In this document: positions 46,952 to 57,937 of the stretch, one piece after another
How positions within the stretch are numbered: position 1 is the stretch's first letter
Layout of the letters: each line of letters starts with the position of its first letter
Assembly (NCBI GenBank): GCA_964343265.1
Contig: CAYFIW010000001.1
Span: forward strand, 72,512-136,511
Length of the DNA stretch: 64,000 nt
DNA from: an uncultured Dehalococcoidia bacterium
GTDB lineage: Bacteria; Chloroflexota; Dehalococcoidia; Lucifugimonadales; UBA826
Direction of reading: 5' to 3'
Position numbers and translations under genes: made by a program
The notes under the pieces: generated by a model
Seen by the model: the letters and a program-made list of their open reading frames with translations, nothing else
What the model was told of the DNA's origin: nothing
Database searches by the model: none

Positions 46952-47929
46952 ATGTTTTCAGCAAGGATCACAAGTCCCAAAAAAATAGAAATAGAAGATA
47001 TAGCTACTCCAACGATAGTTGAAGGGCAGTGCCTCATAAAACTTGAGAAGTGGTCAGTGTGTGGAAGTGACATACGGCATGCATATGGTCCTGTTCACCC
47101 TGAAGAAGAATATCCAATGCGACATGGTGGTGCTTGCCACGAGTGTGCAGGTACGATTGTGGAGAGTAAGTCAGATAAATTTAAAGTAGGTCAGAGAGTT
47201 ATAGTTCTGCCAAGTTCAGATGGCCCTGGTGGTCTGGTTGAATATTATCCTGGAGACGAAGGGAGGATGGCTCTCGTACCTGACCATGGGGATCTTGGAG
47301 AGTGGATTCTTTGCCAACCGTCAGGGACAGTTCTCTATGCCTGTCAATTAATGGGAACTATTTTAGGACAAGATGTTGTAGTGATGGGGCAAGGAAGTAT
47401 TGGCCTATCTTTCACAGCGATATGCGCTAGGGCAGGTGCCAGGAAGGTCATAGCGGTTGACCCTTTAGATTATCGTCTTGAATGGGGAACAAAATTCGGT
47501 GCGACTCATACCATAAACCCAGATAAGGTTGATCTTGATGAGGCATTGATGGATATAACGGAGGGAAAATTAGCTGATATATCTGTTGAAGCGTCTGGTT
47601 ACCCGGATGCTTTGAATGCTTCCTTGAGGGCCGCTACAAAACACGGGAAAGTCATAATTTTTGGTATTCAGTCTGGTCCGTCGGGAAAAATGACAGAAAT
47701 TGACACCCAATATTTCTTGAGAAATGCACCCACGATAATTCCAACATCTGGGGCTGGAAGCGGAGATCCTATTGGCCATATAGACCGAATGATTGCTTTG
47801 AAGGATAGAGGCTGGTGGAATCCTGGTGAAATGAAAACTCATGAAATGAAATTTGAAGATGTTCAGAACGCTTATGATCAGTACGAACAGTATGAAGATG
47901 AAATTGTCAAAGTTGTCATGGGTTTATAA
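46952..47929 (+). CDS. zinc-dependent alcohol dehydrogenase family (MDR) oxidoreductase
   Basis: CGSDIRH, GGACHECAGTIVE (GHE-type zinc site), GQGSIGLS Rossmann motif. The ORF opens at GTG 46931. Confidence 0.8.
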   Translation: MFSARITSPKKIEIEDIATPTIVEGQCLIKLEKWSVCGSDIRHAYGPVHPEEEYPMRHGGACHECAGTIVESKSDKFKVGQRVIVLPSSDGPGGLVEYYPGDEGRMALVPDHGDLGEWILCQPSGTVLYACQLMGTILGQDVVVMGQGSIGLSFTAICARAGARKVIAVDPLDYRLEWGTKFGATHTINPDKVDLDEALMDITEGKLADISVEASGYPDALNASLRAATKHGKVIIFGIQSGPSGKMTEIDTQYFLRNAPTIIPTSGAGSGDPIGHIDRMIALKDRGWWNPGEMKTHEMKFEDVQNAYDQYEQYEDEIVKVVMGL

Positions 47930-48045
47930 ACCAAAGACAATCTCTTTTTGTAATAAAAGGCATGATTATAGTAAAGCGTTGTCATGGAATTAAGAGCTAC
48001 TCAATTAATTCCGCTGGGGCGGTACTCCATCCTGGTTATCGGAGT

Positions 48046-49014
48046 TCATCCTAGAGATGCTCCTTTGGTTCCTGTGTAGATTGAGTACACTGACTGGCTT
48101 GCTGTGATAAATAGTCTATTTTTCTTCATTCCTCCAAAAGTTAAATTTGAAGGCATTTCGGGAAGGTGTATTCTGCCTATTAGTTGGGCTTCTGGTGAGT
48201 AAACAGAAATAGAATTTGTTCCCCTTTGTGATGATGCCCATAGATTACCGTCAATGTCACATCTGATACCGTCGGTGGAATCGGAGCCTGTATCTCTGAA
48301 TATACGACCTCTGGAAAGTGAAGTTCCATTGTCAGTAACGTCGTAGACGAAAATAGATCTCGGATCTGTTGACCCAGAATCTGCTATGTACAATTTGTCA
48401 AAATCAGGTGAGAAGCACAATCCATTTGGTCCAATCAGTCCAGTAGCCATGACCTGCACATCTCCAGTACTAGGATGGATACGGTAAACAGCGGTCGGAA
48501 GTTCTAATTCCGATTTATCTCCTTCATAGTCATTCATGATTCCGTAGCCTGGGTCTGTGAACCATACTGAACCATCAGAATGCGAGACTACATCGTTGGG
48601 AGCGTTCAGTTTAAAGTTCCTGAATGAATCGGCTATCACACTTATTGTTCCGTCGTGTTCTGTTCTAGTCACCCGCCTAGTTAGGTGTTCACAGGTAATT
48701 AGTCTGCCTTGGGTATCGCGGGCATTTCCGTTAGAGTTATTTGAAGGGATTCGGTATTCACTCACATTGTTTGTATCTTCAGACCATCGCAAGATTCGAT
48801 TGTTGGGAATATCGCTGAAAAGTAGGTATCCCCCATCGCCAAACCAAACGGGCCCTTCTGCCCACCTACAACCCGTGAAAATTCTTTCCATGCCGGCGTT
48901 GAAGATTACGTATTTTCTAAAGCTTTCCTCGATAATTTCCACTGCGGGTTCAGGATATGTGATCACGTCATTATCCCAATCACGATCTAAATTTCTTGGT
49001 TGGTCTGAAGGCAT
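48046..49014 (-). CDS. SMP-30/gluconolactonase/LRE-family beta-propeller hydrolase
   Basis: AEGPVWF, PNDVVSHSDGSVWFTDP, PNGLCFSPD repeats. Confidence 0.8.
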   Translation of the reverse strand: MPSDQPRNLDRDWDNDVITYPEPAVEIIEESFRKYVIFNAGMERIFTGCRWAEGPVWFGDGGYLLFSDIPNNRILRWSEDTNNVSEYRIPSNNSNGNARDTQGRLITCEHLTRRVTRTEHDGTISVIADSFRNFKLNAPNDVVSHSDGSVWFTDPGYGIMNDYEGDKSELELPTAVYRIHPSTGDVQVMATGLIGPNGLCFSPDFDKLYIADSGSTDPRSIFVYDVTDNGTSLSRGRIFRDTGSDSTDGIRCDIDGNLWASSQRGTNSISVYSPEAQLIGRIHLPEMPSNLTFGGMKKNRLFITASQSVYSIYTGTKGASLG

Positions 49015-49215
49015 ATGGGTTCTCCTAAATTATCAACTTATATAAGGATTTCATTTCCAATAAGCATTAAGTCTGAAAACTCTAACATAATGACTACGTG
49101 AAATTAGGTTATAGAAAGGGCTTTATGTTTAAAGCTATGCTACGATTTCCCGACTGCCTTTATCGTTTTTAGGATATTTTACTCATCAGGCTCAACTTTA
49201 TTTGTTTGGACGAAA

Positions 49216-50529
49216 ATGGATAAGCGGAAATTAAATTATGGATGGCTTCTTTTAGCCGCATGTTTTTTCATAACTCTTTGCGCAATGGGTATCAGGACTT
49301 CTACAGGTGTTTTTGTGACCTCTATAGAATCAGATTTAGAATGGTCCAGAGCTGAAATCACCAGGGTTTTTTCCATTGGCATTCTGGTGGGTGCCTTTTC
49401 TTTTCTTGCAACCGGGTATTTCTATGACAAATATGGAGGTCGGGCAGTTATAGGGTTTTCTCTACTTCTGCTGGGCGCTTCAGTTATGGCTTCAAGTCTA
49501 ATAAATTCGATGTTGGCTTTTATAATCATCTGGGGATTCATAATGAGTTTTGCGGGTAGTGGCGTTTCAAACGTTACTATCAATTCTCTCTTGTCCAAAT
49601 GGTTCTTTAAAAGGCGTAGTATGGCCATAAGTATTTCGGCTACAGGCGGTTCGCTTGGTCCGGTATTTTTCGCGCCTTTTTCTGCATATTTAATTGAAGC
49701 TTTTACTTGGAGAGCGGGGTTTCTGGTTTTGGGAGCGATATTGTTTTTTGTTGTCGCTCCTGTCGCTTTTGCATTTCTTCGAAGTCCGCCTAAAGACGTT
49801 ATTCCACTAGGAGAAGAGGAATCAAAAGTAAACAAACAAAAAGGCGGCGATTTTTCAGACGAAGGCTCTGAGCAAGTGTCTGGTCTTTTGTTTACGTCGG
49901 GTTGGCGGCAAGCGTTGTCCACCTCTCCTTTTTGGCAGCTATCAGCTGCCTATGTTGTGTGTGGAATCACTACGAATATTATATCCATTCATTTTGTGCC
50001 TTTTGCTGAAGATAGCGGAGTACCGAAATTTACTGCTGCGACTATGTTTTCAGTGATGATGGGATTGAATTTCGTAGGTGTTCTGTCAGCTGGATACTTG
50101 TCTACTAGGTTTAAACAGAAGAATGTTTTGGGTACTACTTATGCACTAAGAGGATTAGCATACGCGCTTTTAATTGGAGTTGGAGGCTTGGAAGGTATGT
50201 GGGTGTTTGCTGTTGTAGCTGGAGTATCTTGGATCGCTACTGCTTCAGTAACTTCAGTAATGACAGCGGATATCTTTGGGCTAAAAAATATTGGTGTTCT
50301 TAATGGAATGGTTAATATGGCACATCAAATAGGCGGTGCAGCTTCTGTATTTATGGCGGGAGAGCTCCATCAAATGACTGGATCATATACTCTGCCGTTT
50401 TCTATCGCCATGATAACTTTGATAGGGGCTAGTATTGCTGCATATTGTATCAATGAAAAAACTTATTCTTATAGATACAATTCTACTAAATCAATGTTCT
50501 CTACAAAAATCACTGAATCGGTCATCTAA
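49216..50529 (+). CDS. MFS transporter
   Basis: 437 aa, 12 TM-like segments, YDKYGGRAVIG motif A-like loop. Confidence 0.8.
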   Translation: MDKRKLNYGWLLLAACFFITLCAMGIRTSTGVFVTSIESDLEWSRAEITRVFSIGILVGAFSFLATGYFYDKYGGRAVIGFSLLLLGASVMASSLINSMLAFIIIWGFIMSFAGSGVSNVTINSLLSKWFFKRRSMAISISATGGSLGPVFFAPFSAYLIEAFTWRAGFLVLGAILFFVVAPVAFAFLRSPPKDVIPLGEEESKVNKQKGGDFSDEGSEQVSGLLFTSGWRQALSTSPFWQLSAAYVVCGITTNIISIHFVPFAEDSGVPKFTAATMFSVMMGLNFVGVLSAGYLSTRFKQKNVLGTTYALRGLAYALLIGVGGLEGMWVFAVVAGVSWIATASVTSVMTADIFGLKNIGVLNGMVNMAHQIGGAASVFMAGELHQMTGSYTLPFSIAMITLIGASIAAYCINEKTYSYRYNSTKSMFSTKITESVI

Positions 50530-50580
50530 TCCTTAATTTTCGGTAGAGTACCTATATCCTTTTATTTTTTTTGGGGCGAG

Positions 50581-51873
50581 GTGAATGATTTGGATCGAGT
50601 TGTGGTATTTGTTACTCGAAACAATCGTTTCTTTTACGGTTGGGTGATAGTAGTTGTTATGGCAGTGGCCAGTGCAGTGAGTATGGGTATGGGGTCTCTG
50701 AATTTTGGTCTCTTTATAAAACCTATGGGGGATCAACTTAACATAGGGAGAGCGTCATTCGGGTGGTCTTCGACTGCCAGAAGTGCAACTGCTGCAATTA
50801 CAGCCCCATTTATTGGCAAGTTGTTAGACAAATACGGTTCGCGGTGGATATTGACGGGGGCCACATGTATTACTGGCTTGTGTATGCTAGGTCTATCACG
50901 AACTGAAACATCCTTTCATCTGATTTTGATTTTTGCTGTCATGGGATTGGTGGGTATGAGCGGGCCAGGTTCGTTGGTCACCTCAGTCCCTCCAACAAAA
51001 TGGTTTGTCCTAGGAAGAGGTAAGGCTTTAGCTTTCGCGTCAGCGGGAATATCGGCGGGGGCAGTAATTTTTGTTCCACTTACCCAAATTTTAATTGATA
51101 CTTATTCTTGGCAACATGCTTGGTTGTACCTCGCTTTTATCGGAATGGGAGTTATAGTTCCTTTATCCCTTGTTTTCATAAGACGAGAGCCAGAAGATCT
51201 AGGTCTTTTGCCAGATGGATTGAACTCTAGACACTCTAGACAAAGTAATGACTCTGAGTCACGAAAACCGATTTTGTTAGAAGACTCTTGGACTAGGAAT
51301 CAGGCAATGGGCACTTTATCAATGTGGACCCTCACAGCAGCTTTTTCAGTTTTGTCTTTAGGTATTCTTACTTTAGCATTACATAGAATTCCCGCATTTA
51401 TGGACCGTGGACTTGACCCGAGTCTAGTATCTATAGCGACAGCTTTTGATGCTGTTTGTGCAGGAGCAGGAAGTTTTGGTGCCGGAATGCTAGTTAAGAA
51501 GATACCTGCAAGAATTATTGGCACATCATCATTTTTGATGTTAGCTATTGCTAGCGTTATGTCTATATATGCTTATGATTTTTGGCTCATGTTTTGGTCT
51601 ATGGCTTTATTTGGTCTTGGAATAGGTACAAATATGTTTAATCAAAATTACATTTGGGCTGAGTATTTTGGGCGTGCTAATCTTGGAAGTATACGAGGAA
51701 TAGTAATGCCTATCACTCTTTTTTTTGGTGGATTGGGAGCGCCTATTGCAGGATATGTGGTTGACCAGACTGGCTCATATGATCCAGCCTGGTGGGTTGG
51801 TGTTGGCCTGATGTTGATCGGGGCCTTTTTGTTTTTTATTTCAAAAAATCCAGGAAGTCCACAGTTTCAATAA
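50581..51873 (+). CDS. MFS transporter (paralog of neighbours)
   Basis: 430 aa. GKLLDKYGSRWIL loop. GTG start. Confidence 0.8.
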   Translation: MNDLDRVVVFVTRNNRFFYGWVIVVVMAVASAVSMGMGSLNFGLFIKPMGDQLNIGRASFGWSSTARSATAAITAPFIGKLLDKYGSRWILTGATCITGLCMLGLSRTETSFHLILIFAVMGLVGMSGPGSLVTSVPPTKWFVLGRGKALAFASAGISAGAVIFVPLTQILIDTYSWQHAWLYLAFIGMGVIVPLSLVFIRREPEDLGLLPDGLNSRHSRQSNDSESRKPILLEDSWTRNQAMGTLSMWTLTAAFSVLSLGILTLALHRIPAFMDRGLDPSLVSIATAFDAVCAGAGSFGAGMLVKKIPARIIGTSSFLMLAIASVMSIYAYDFWLMFWSMALFGLGIGTNMFNQNYIWAEYFGRANLGSIRGIVMPITLFFGGLGAPIAGYVVDQTGSYDPAWWVGVGLMLIGAFLFFISKNPGSPQFQ

Positions 51874-51992
51874 GTTAATTCTGAAAGATCGGGTAATTTG
51901 GTGTTCAAATAGGATTTCAGCAAGAATATTTACTTATTAGATGAACCTTGAATCAGTAGCCTAATCGTCTTTAACTTAGGTAATATTTCATC

Positions 51993-53015
51993 ATGTTTCG
52001 CATTGTTACAATATTGAGTTGCGTAGGATTCATCCTAACCATGCTAGGCTGCCAGTCTGGTGGCACAGTCTTGTATTTTACTTCGGACAGGGATGGTAAT
52101 TTGGAGATTTACTCTACGATTCCGAATTCTGGAGAGGAAATCAACGTCACTAATAAGCCTGAGGATGAATATGCGCCTTCGCTGTCGCCTGATGGTAAAT
52201 GGGTAGCCTTTTTAGTTGGAGATAAAGAGAAATCTTCAATCGATGTGCTTAAGCTAGACTCAGGTCAGGGCAAAGAAAGATTCACCATATCAAAAGGCAG
52301 TGGTAAATTTTCAACTCCTGTATGGAGTCCAGATAGCAAGCGCATAGCTTATACCGGAAAACTAAGCGGTAAAGGTTCACGGATTTATATAGCGTCGATT
52401 GATGATTCTCCAGCCAGATTGTCTGACATAGAAGTTACAGAGGTTGGAGATTGGTCTCCGGATGGAGAATCAGTGGTGTTTTCTTCAACAGATGGGGACA
52501 GAACAGGTATACATGTAAGGAATCCAGACGGCGTGAATCAACGGCAAATGACTTGCGCTAAGGATTATCATGCAACATGGTCTCCTGATTCCAAGAAGTT
52601 GGCATTTATATCAGAACGAGATGGAAATGCGGATATCTATGTAATGGATAGAGATGCTATGGATGATCTTTGCCCAGACAAGAATGATTCTCGTCTTGAA
52701 GCTTACCAGCTAACTGAGACAGATGAGAAAGAATCTGATATATCTTGGTCGCCGGATGGGAAAAGGCTTGTATTTGTCTCAGAGAGGGACGGCAACAAAG
52801 AGATTTATATCATGGAAGAGAGTGGCAACAAACAAACTCGTCTTACCTATAATGAAATACCAGATTATAACCCGATTTGGTCCCCTGATGGAGGAACTAT
52901 AGCCTTCGTGTCGGAGTTGGACGGCGACCCGGACATATTCATCATGAATGACAAAGGGGAGAATCAAACTCGGGTAACTAATAATGAAGCGTCTGATACT
53001 AACCCTAGCTGGTAA
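51993..53015 (+). CDS. TolB-like PD40/WD40 beta-propeller repeat lipoprotein
   Basis: Signal plus LTMLGCQ lipobox-like site. Repeated WSPDGK...F.SERDGN.EIY units. Confidence 0.8.
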   Translation: MFRIVTILSCVGFILTMLGCQSGGTVLYFTSDRDGNLEIYSTIPNSGEEINVTNKPEDEYAPSLSPDGKWVAFLVGDKEKSSIDVLKLDSGQGKERFTISKGSGKFSTPVWSPDSKRIAYTGKLSGKGSRIYIASIDDSPARLSDIEVTEVGDWSPDGESVVFSSTDGDRTGIHVRNPDGVNQRQMTCAKDYHATWSPDSKKLAFISERDGNADIYVMDRDAMDDLCPDKNDSRLEAYQLTETDEKESDISWSPDGKRLVFVSERDGNKEIYIMEESGNKQTRLTYNEIPDYNPIWSPDGGTIAFVSELDGDPDIFIMNDKGENQTRVTNNEASDTNPSW

Positions 53016-53122
53016 TTTTCGACATCGTTTAATTTTATAACCACGAATATTGTATCTTTGTGGCTGATATAATTTTGTGCCTGAAGGTGGCTAGAGATCA
53101 TAGTTCAGTATTTTGCAGACTT

Positions 53123-54289
53123 ATGACAAAAACAAATACCGAAAAACTACCAAATAGACGCATCGTAGTTAAAGTCGGAACAAGTCTTCTTACAGCAGGA
53201 AAAGATCAATTAGATGTTGCTATGGTGGCCAATATTGTCGACCAAATGTCGGATCTTCAACATGATGGAAGCCAAATGCTTTTGGTCACTTCTGGGGCAG
53301 TTGCTGCAGGAAAAGGTGTCATTAAATCGTTTTTAGATGACATCCAAGACAATGGTGTTACTCTTCCTGATCGTCAAGTATTAGCTGCTGTGGGACAAGG
53401 GAAACTGATGCAAGTCTACGAGGAAAAATTCTCTTTGAGAAATATTCCAGTCGCGCAAGCATTGGTTTCTAAAAGAGATGTAAATGACAGGCTTGGTTAT
53501 CTTAATCTTCGAAATACGCTGAGCGCCCTTTTAAGTAGAGGCATAGTGCCTATAGTCAATGAAAATGATGTTGTGTCAGTAGAGGAGCTTGAAGGAGAAG
53601 TGTTTGGGGATAATGACAACTTATCCGCTCTTATAGCTAATTTAATAGATGCAGATCTACTTATGATTTTAGGTAAAGTTCCTGGCATGTATACAAAAGA
53701 TCCAAATATTCATCATGATGCAAAAATCATTCAAATGGTTGAGAAAATTGACGAATATATCGATTCACTGGGGGGCCCTTCTTCCGATACTATGGGCAGA
53801 GGAGGTATGTCTACGAAGATAGAGGCCGCCAGGCTGGCAACTGCTTCGGGAGTAGACGTTGTGATCGCCAGTGGCCTGGAAGAAAATGTTATAAAGCGGT
53901 TGGCATGGAAAGAGGAATTAGGGACTCTTTTTCGTGCCTCAGTGACCAAATTGGAGAGTAGAAAAAGATGGATGTTGAGTGGTATATCTGGAGGATCTAG
54001 GAGACGTAATATTTGTGTTGATAATGGCGCTTTTGTAGCTTTGAGAGGATCACATACCAGTCTTTTACCAGCAGGTGTTGTTTCAGTTTCTGGTGATTTT
54101 CATAGAGGTGACATAGTTGCCATAGTTAATGAGTTAGGTACTATCGTTGGAGCAGGTATATCGAATTACGGTAGTGATGATTTGGAAAAGATCAAGACTG
54201 CACGGTCGAATCGCATACATGAAATTCTGGGGTACCATTACAGTGACGAAGTGATACATAGGGATAATCTGGTTCTTCTGGTTGAGTAG
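53123..54289 (+). CDS. proB: glutamate 5-kinase (with PUA domain)
   Basis: RRIVVKVGTSLLT, VTSGAVAAG, NENDVVS, and a C-terminal PUA-like region. The ORF opens at 53060, but ATG 53123 fits the family N-terminus. Confidence 0.9.
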   Translation: MTKTNTEKLPNRRIVVKVGTSLLTAGKDQLDVAMVANIVDQMSDLQHDGSQMLLVTSGAVAAGKGVIKSFLDDIQDNGVTLPDRQVLAAVGQGKLMQVYEEKFSLRNIPVAQALVSKRDVNDRLGYLNLRNTLSALLSRGIVPIVNENDVVSVEELEGEVFGDNDNLSALIANLIDADLLMILGKVPGMYTKDPNIHHDAKIIQMVEKIDEYIDSLGGPSSDTMGRGGMSTKIEAARLATASGVDVVIASGLEENVIKRLAWKEELGTLFRASVTKLESRKRWMLSGISGGSRRRNICVDNGAFVALRGSHTSLLPAGVVSVSGDFHRGDIVAIVNELGTIVGAGISNYGSDDLEKIKTARSNRIHEILGYHYSDEVIHRDNLVLLVE

Positions 54290-54299
54290 GCGTTATTTT

Positions 54300-55562
54300 A
54301 TGAGTAATCTCAGTGAAATCGGAATTGGTGCACGAAAATCATCAAGGGAGATATCCTCCTTGTCTGGTGATGTAAGAAATCAGGCCATAAGGAGCATTGC
54401 TCAAAATTTGTCAGATTCTCACACACGAATTTTAAATGAGAATGAAAAAGATACTGAACTTGGGAAAAAAAACGGATTATCAAATGCATCTTTAGATCGC
54501 CTTATCCTTACTTCCGATAGGATAGATTTGATGGCAAATGACCTGCTTAAGATATCGGAATTACCTGACCCGATTGGTGAGACCATGGAAATGAAAACTA
54601 TGCCTAATGGGATGCAGGTAGGGCGTAAGCGAGTGCCTCTCGGAGTTATCGGGGTTATTTATGAAAGTAGGCCTAATGTAACTGTAGATATTTCTGCACT
54701 ATGTTTGAAGTCCGGAAATGCAGTTATCTTGCGTGGTGGTAGTGAGGCGTTTAATTCAAACACTGTTCTAACTGACATCATAAGGGAATCGATAGCGTCA
54801 GTAGGAATTCCAGAAGATGCGGTTCAGGGAGTCGGAGACACCGATAGATCATTAGTCTCGGAAATGTTGAAAATGGATGAGTTTATAGATTTGATGATTC
54901 CGCGAGGTGGGGCCGATTTGGTTAGGCGAGTATCCAACGAGGCTTCTATGCCAGCAATAACTGGTGGTGTCGGCGTGTGTCATACGTATATAGATAGTTC
55001 GGCTGAAGTTGGTATGTCATCTGAAATAGTGTTCAATGCTAAAGTACAGAGGCCTTCAGTCTGTAATGCTATGGATACTGTAATAATGCATATATCTACA
55101 GTTCCTAGTCATTTGCCTGTAATCGCCGATAATTTGGCTAGAGCAGGAGTTGAGATGCGATGCGACAGACGTGCATTATCTGCTTTAGGCTCACGTAAAA
55201 ACTTAAACATAGTCCCTGCAAAAGATGAGGATTGGGATACTGAACATTTGTCTCTTGTGGCAGGGGTAAAAGTAGTCGATTCTTTAGATGAAGCTATGGA
55301 ACATATTGCTAGACATGGTACTGGGCATTCTGAAGCTATAGTCACTGAGAACTACACATCTGCGGAAAGATTCATTAGAGAGGTTGACTCTAGTGCGGTT
55401 ATGGTTAACGCATCAACTAGATTTAATGATGGTGGGCAATTCGGACTCGGTGCTGAGGTGGCAATAAGTACAAATAAAATGCACGCTAGAGGGCCCATGG
55501 GTTTAAAAGAGCTAACCTCATATAAGTGGGTTGTATTAGGAATGGGACATATACGACCGTGA
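54300..55562 (+). CDS. proA: gamma-glutamyl phosphate reductase
   Basis: IYESRPNVTVD, LRGGSEA, GHSEAIVT, STRFNDGGQFGLGAEVAISTNKMHARGPMG. ATG lies 10 nt after the proB stop. Confidence 0.9.
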   Translation: MSNLSEIGIGARKSSREISSLSGDVRNQAIRSIAQNLSDSHTRILNENEKDTELGKKNGLSNASLDRLILTSDRIDLMANDLLKISELPDPIGETMEMKTMPNGMQVGRKRVPLGVIGVIYESRPNVTVDISALCLKSGNAVILRGGSEAFNSNTVLTDIIRESIASVGIPEDAVQGVGDTDRSLVSEMLKMDEFIDLMIPRGGADLVRRVSNEASMPAITGGVGVCHTYIDSSAEVGMSSEIVFNAKVQRPSVCNAMDTVIMHISTVPSHLPVIADNLARAGVEMRCDRRALSALGSRKNLNIVPAKDEDWDTEHLSLVAGVKVVDSLDEAMEHIARHGTGHSEAIVTENYTSAERFIREVDSSAVMVNASTRFNDGGQFGLGAEVAISTNKMHARGPMGLKELTSYKWVVLGMGHIRP

Positions 55563-55609
55563 AAATAACCAAAATTTGAGTTCTAATAAGAGTTATCCAG
55601 AGGAAATTT

Positions 55610-56566
55610 ATGCAGCAGGAAACTTCTTTTTATACTTCTGAGATGCAACTCGAGGTTCGCGATTATGTTGAGAAACTTGAAGAAGAGATCGCAAAGCATC
55701 CTTCAATACTTGAGAGGTCTCCAAATGAGGTGAGGCAAGATCAGGAAAATGGTGTGGGAAGGTATCAAGAACCTTCATTATCTGATGTAGCGATAACAAG
55801 GGAAATTCCTGGTAACAATGTATCTGTACCTGTCAGAGCATTTATACCTAGAGGAGATATTGATGGCGTATATTTGCATATTCATGGAGGCGGATGGGTC
55901 ATAGGTGGAGCCCATCATCAAGACGGCATTCTTGAGGCTATTATGGATGAATGTAATGCCGCAGTTATCAGTGTAGATTACAGGCTGGCCCCTGAGAATC
56001 CATATCCGGCGGCTCAGGATGATTGCGAAGCTGTCGCAAGATGGGTTATAGAAAATGCCCCGAAGGAATTTGGAACGGAAAAGATAGTAATAGGCGGTGA
56101 GTCTGCAGGAGGTCATTTGTCTGCAGAAACCATGATTAGAATGCGAGATAAGCATGGATATACAGGATTTTCTGGAGCCAACCTTGTTTATGGAGTTTTT
56201 GATTTATCTATGAGTCCTAGTTCTCAACTTTGGGGAGATCGAAACCTCATTCTTAGCACTCCGATCATGGAATGGTATATAGACCAATACCTTCGGGATA
56301 ACGATATTAGTAAAAGAGATCCTGATGTTTCGCCGCTTTATGCTCGTTTGCACGATCTCGCCCCGGCTTTATTTTCAGTAGGTACACTTGATCCTCTTCT
56401 AGATGACACCTTGTTTATGCATTCGAGGTGGTTTGCCTCGGGTAATCCTTCTACTCTCAATGTATATCCTGGAGCGACTCATAGTTTTGAAAAACAACCA
56501 ACCCAACTAGCGGATATGGTTTTAGCCAGAATGAGAAGATTTATCGTCGATAGGTTTCAGTCTTAA
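55610..56566 (+). CDS. alpha/beta hydrolase, hormone-sensitive-lipase-type esterase
   Basis: HIHGGGW oxyanion motif and GGESAGG nucleophile elbow. Confidence 0.8.
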   Translation: MQQETSFYTSEMQLEVRDYVEKLEEEIAKHPSILERSPNEVRQDQENGVGRYQEPSLSDVAITREIPGNNVSVPVRAFIPRGDIDGVYLHIHGGGWVIGGAHHQDGILEAIMDECNAAVISVDYRLAPENPYPAAQDDCEAVARWVIENAPKEFGTEKIVIGGESAGGHLSAETMIRMRDKHGYTGFSGANLVYGVFDLSMSPSSQLWGDRNLILSTPIMEWYIDQYLRDNDISKRDPDVSPLYARLHDLAPALFSVGTLDPLLDDTLFMHSRWFASGNPSTLNVYPGATHSFEKQPTQLADMVLARMRRFIVDRFQS

Positions 56567-57839
56567 CGCAATAGTAAAGAACAACGACCATAACGTATCC
56601 CGTTGTTGCTATCAAAAAAATGGGTTGATAGCTATTAAACCAACCTATTATAAACGCGCCAAGGGTAGGACCTAATCCCATAGCTGCTGTTCTACTTGGG
56701 CCTGTCAGACCTGTTACAGTTCCGAATGATTGACGACTAAAAACTGATCCTAACATCATGCTGCCAAGGACAAATACAACTCCAGTCGCGGTGGTCCAGG
56801 AAATGACTAGAGTAAAACCAAAATTCTGAGGATTGGTGGATGCTAACAGGATTGTTGGTAGTATTGCAGCCAACATGATTAAGGATGCTATTTTTTTTGT
56901 AGTAAATCTATCTGTGAGCCAACCCCAGAGCGGCACCGATATACCACCAAGTATATTCCCTAGAGTTAGCGCAGTCGCTGCGGTGGCGTAGGATGTGCCA
57001 TTATCCACCAGGTATGGAACAGTCTGAAAAATCACCATAGAAGTCGATGTAACTGCCACGAATTCTCCAGTCAGTATTAGCCAAAATGATGGTAGAGATA
57101 GTATTTCCCCTACACTCCAGTCCTTTTCACTATTAGAAATCTGCTGAGAGTTATCATCATTCTCGTTGTTAAATTTTCTGTCAGGAAATTGGTTAACGTT
57201 TTCGGGCCTGTGTCGAATCAATAGAAAAATTGGTATTGATAATGGAAGTGATGCGTAACCCAAAAATCTGTACGCCGTTCTCCAGGAAAATGCGGTCGAC
57301 AATGCGGTAATGATCTGAATATTTACTGACTCACCAGCTATGCGATTTAAAGCAGTTATCCCCATTGCAAGGTTACGCCGTTTTGTAAAAAAATTGACCG
57401 CTACAGTTCTTGGAATCAGGTTCTGTAGATTGGGTCCGGCAATTGCTCTAATTAGTATATAAGTCAAAAAAAATTGCCATACAGTCGATGAACCTGCTAG
57501 ATATATTGATCCTAATCCAACGACGAGACAGGCAAAAAGCATAAGCCAACGAGGTCCAAATCTGTCTACAAGTTTTCCAATGAATGGCATTGTCAATCCA
57601 GATCCCCAGGTGCCTAATGTAGCAGCCAAGGCGATGGTTTTACGATCCCAATTCACGTCTTCCACTATTAGGTCTTGTATGCCACCGATAACGGTTTGCG
57701 CAAAGCTAGTTGCTATAAATGCCCCCATTGCTGCTGCTCCGAGTACAACCCATCCATAAAAAAATGGTGGGTCAGGGTGCCAACGGTACAAATTAACCAA
57801 TAATGCTTTCAAAAATTTCGTCCCTTGATATGTCCACAA
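56541..57839 (-). CDS. MFS transporter
   Basis: 432 aa. GKLVDRFGPRWLM loop. The 3' end overlaps the convergent esterase gene by 26 nt. Confidence 0.8.
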   Translation of the reverse strand: MWTYQGTKFLKALLVNLYRWHPDPPFFYGWVVLGAAAMGAFIATSFAQTVIGGIQDLIVEDVNWDRKTIALAATLGTWGSGLTMPFIGKLVDRFGPRWLMLFACLVVGLGSIYLAGSSTVWQFFLTYILIRAIAGPNLQNLIPRTVAVNFFTKRRNLAMGITALNRIAGESVNIQIITALSTAFSWRTAYRFLGYASLPLSIPIFLLIRHRPENVNQFPDRKFNNENDDNSQQISNSEKDWSVGEILSLPSFWLILTGEFVAVTSTSMVIFQTVPYLVDNGTSYATAATALTLGNILGGISVPLWGWLTDRFTTKKIASLIMLAAILPTILLASTNPQNFGFTLVISWTTATGVVFVLGSMMLGSVFSRQSFGTVTGLTGPSRTAAMGLGPTLGAFIIGWFNSYQPIFLIATTGYVMVVVLYYCVKTETYRR

Positions 57840-57937
57840 TAGTTATCTATCTTATTATTTGTTTTCCATAAATGCGTGTTACTATTTCGCAGCTTTCTCA
57901 CCAAATTATGAGAGAAATAAATTGGAAGGAGATCCAA

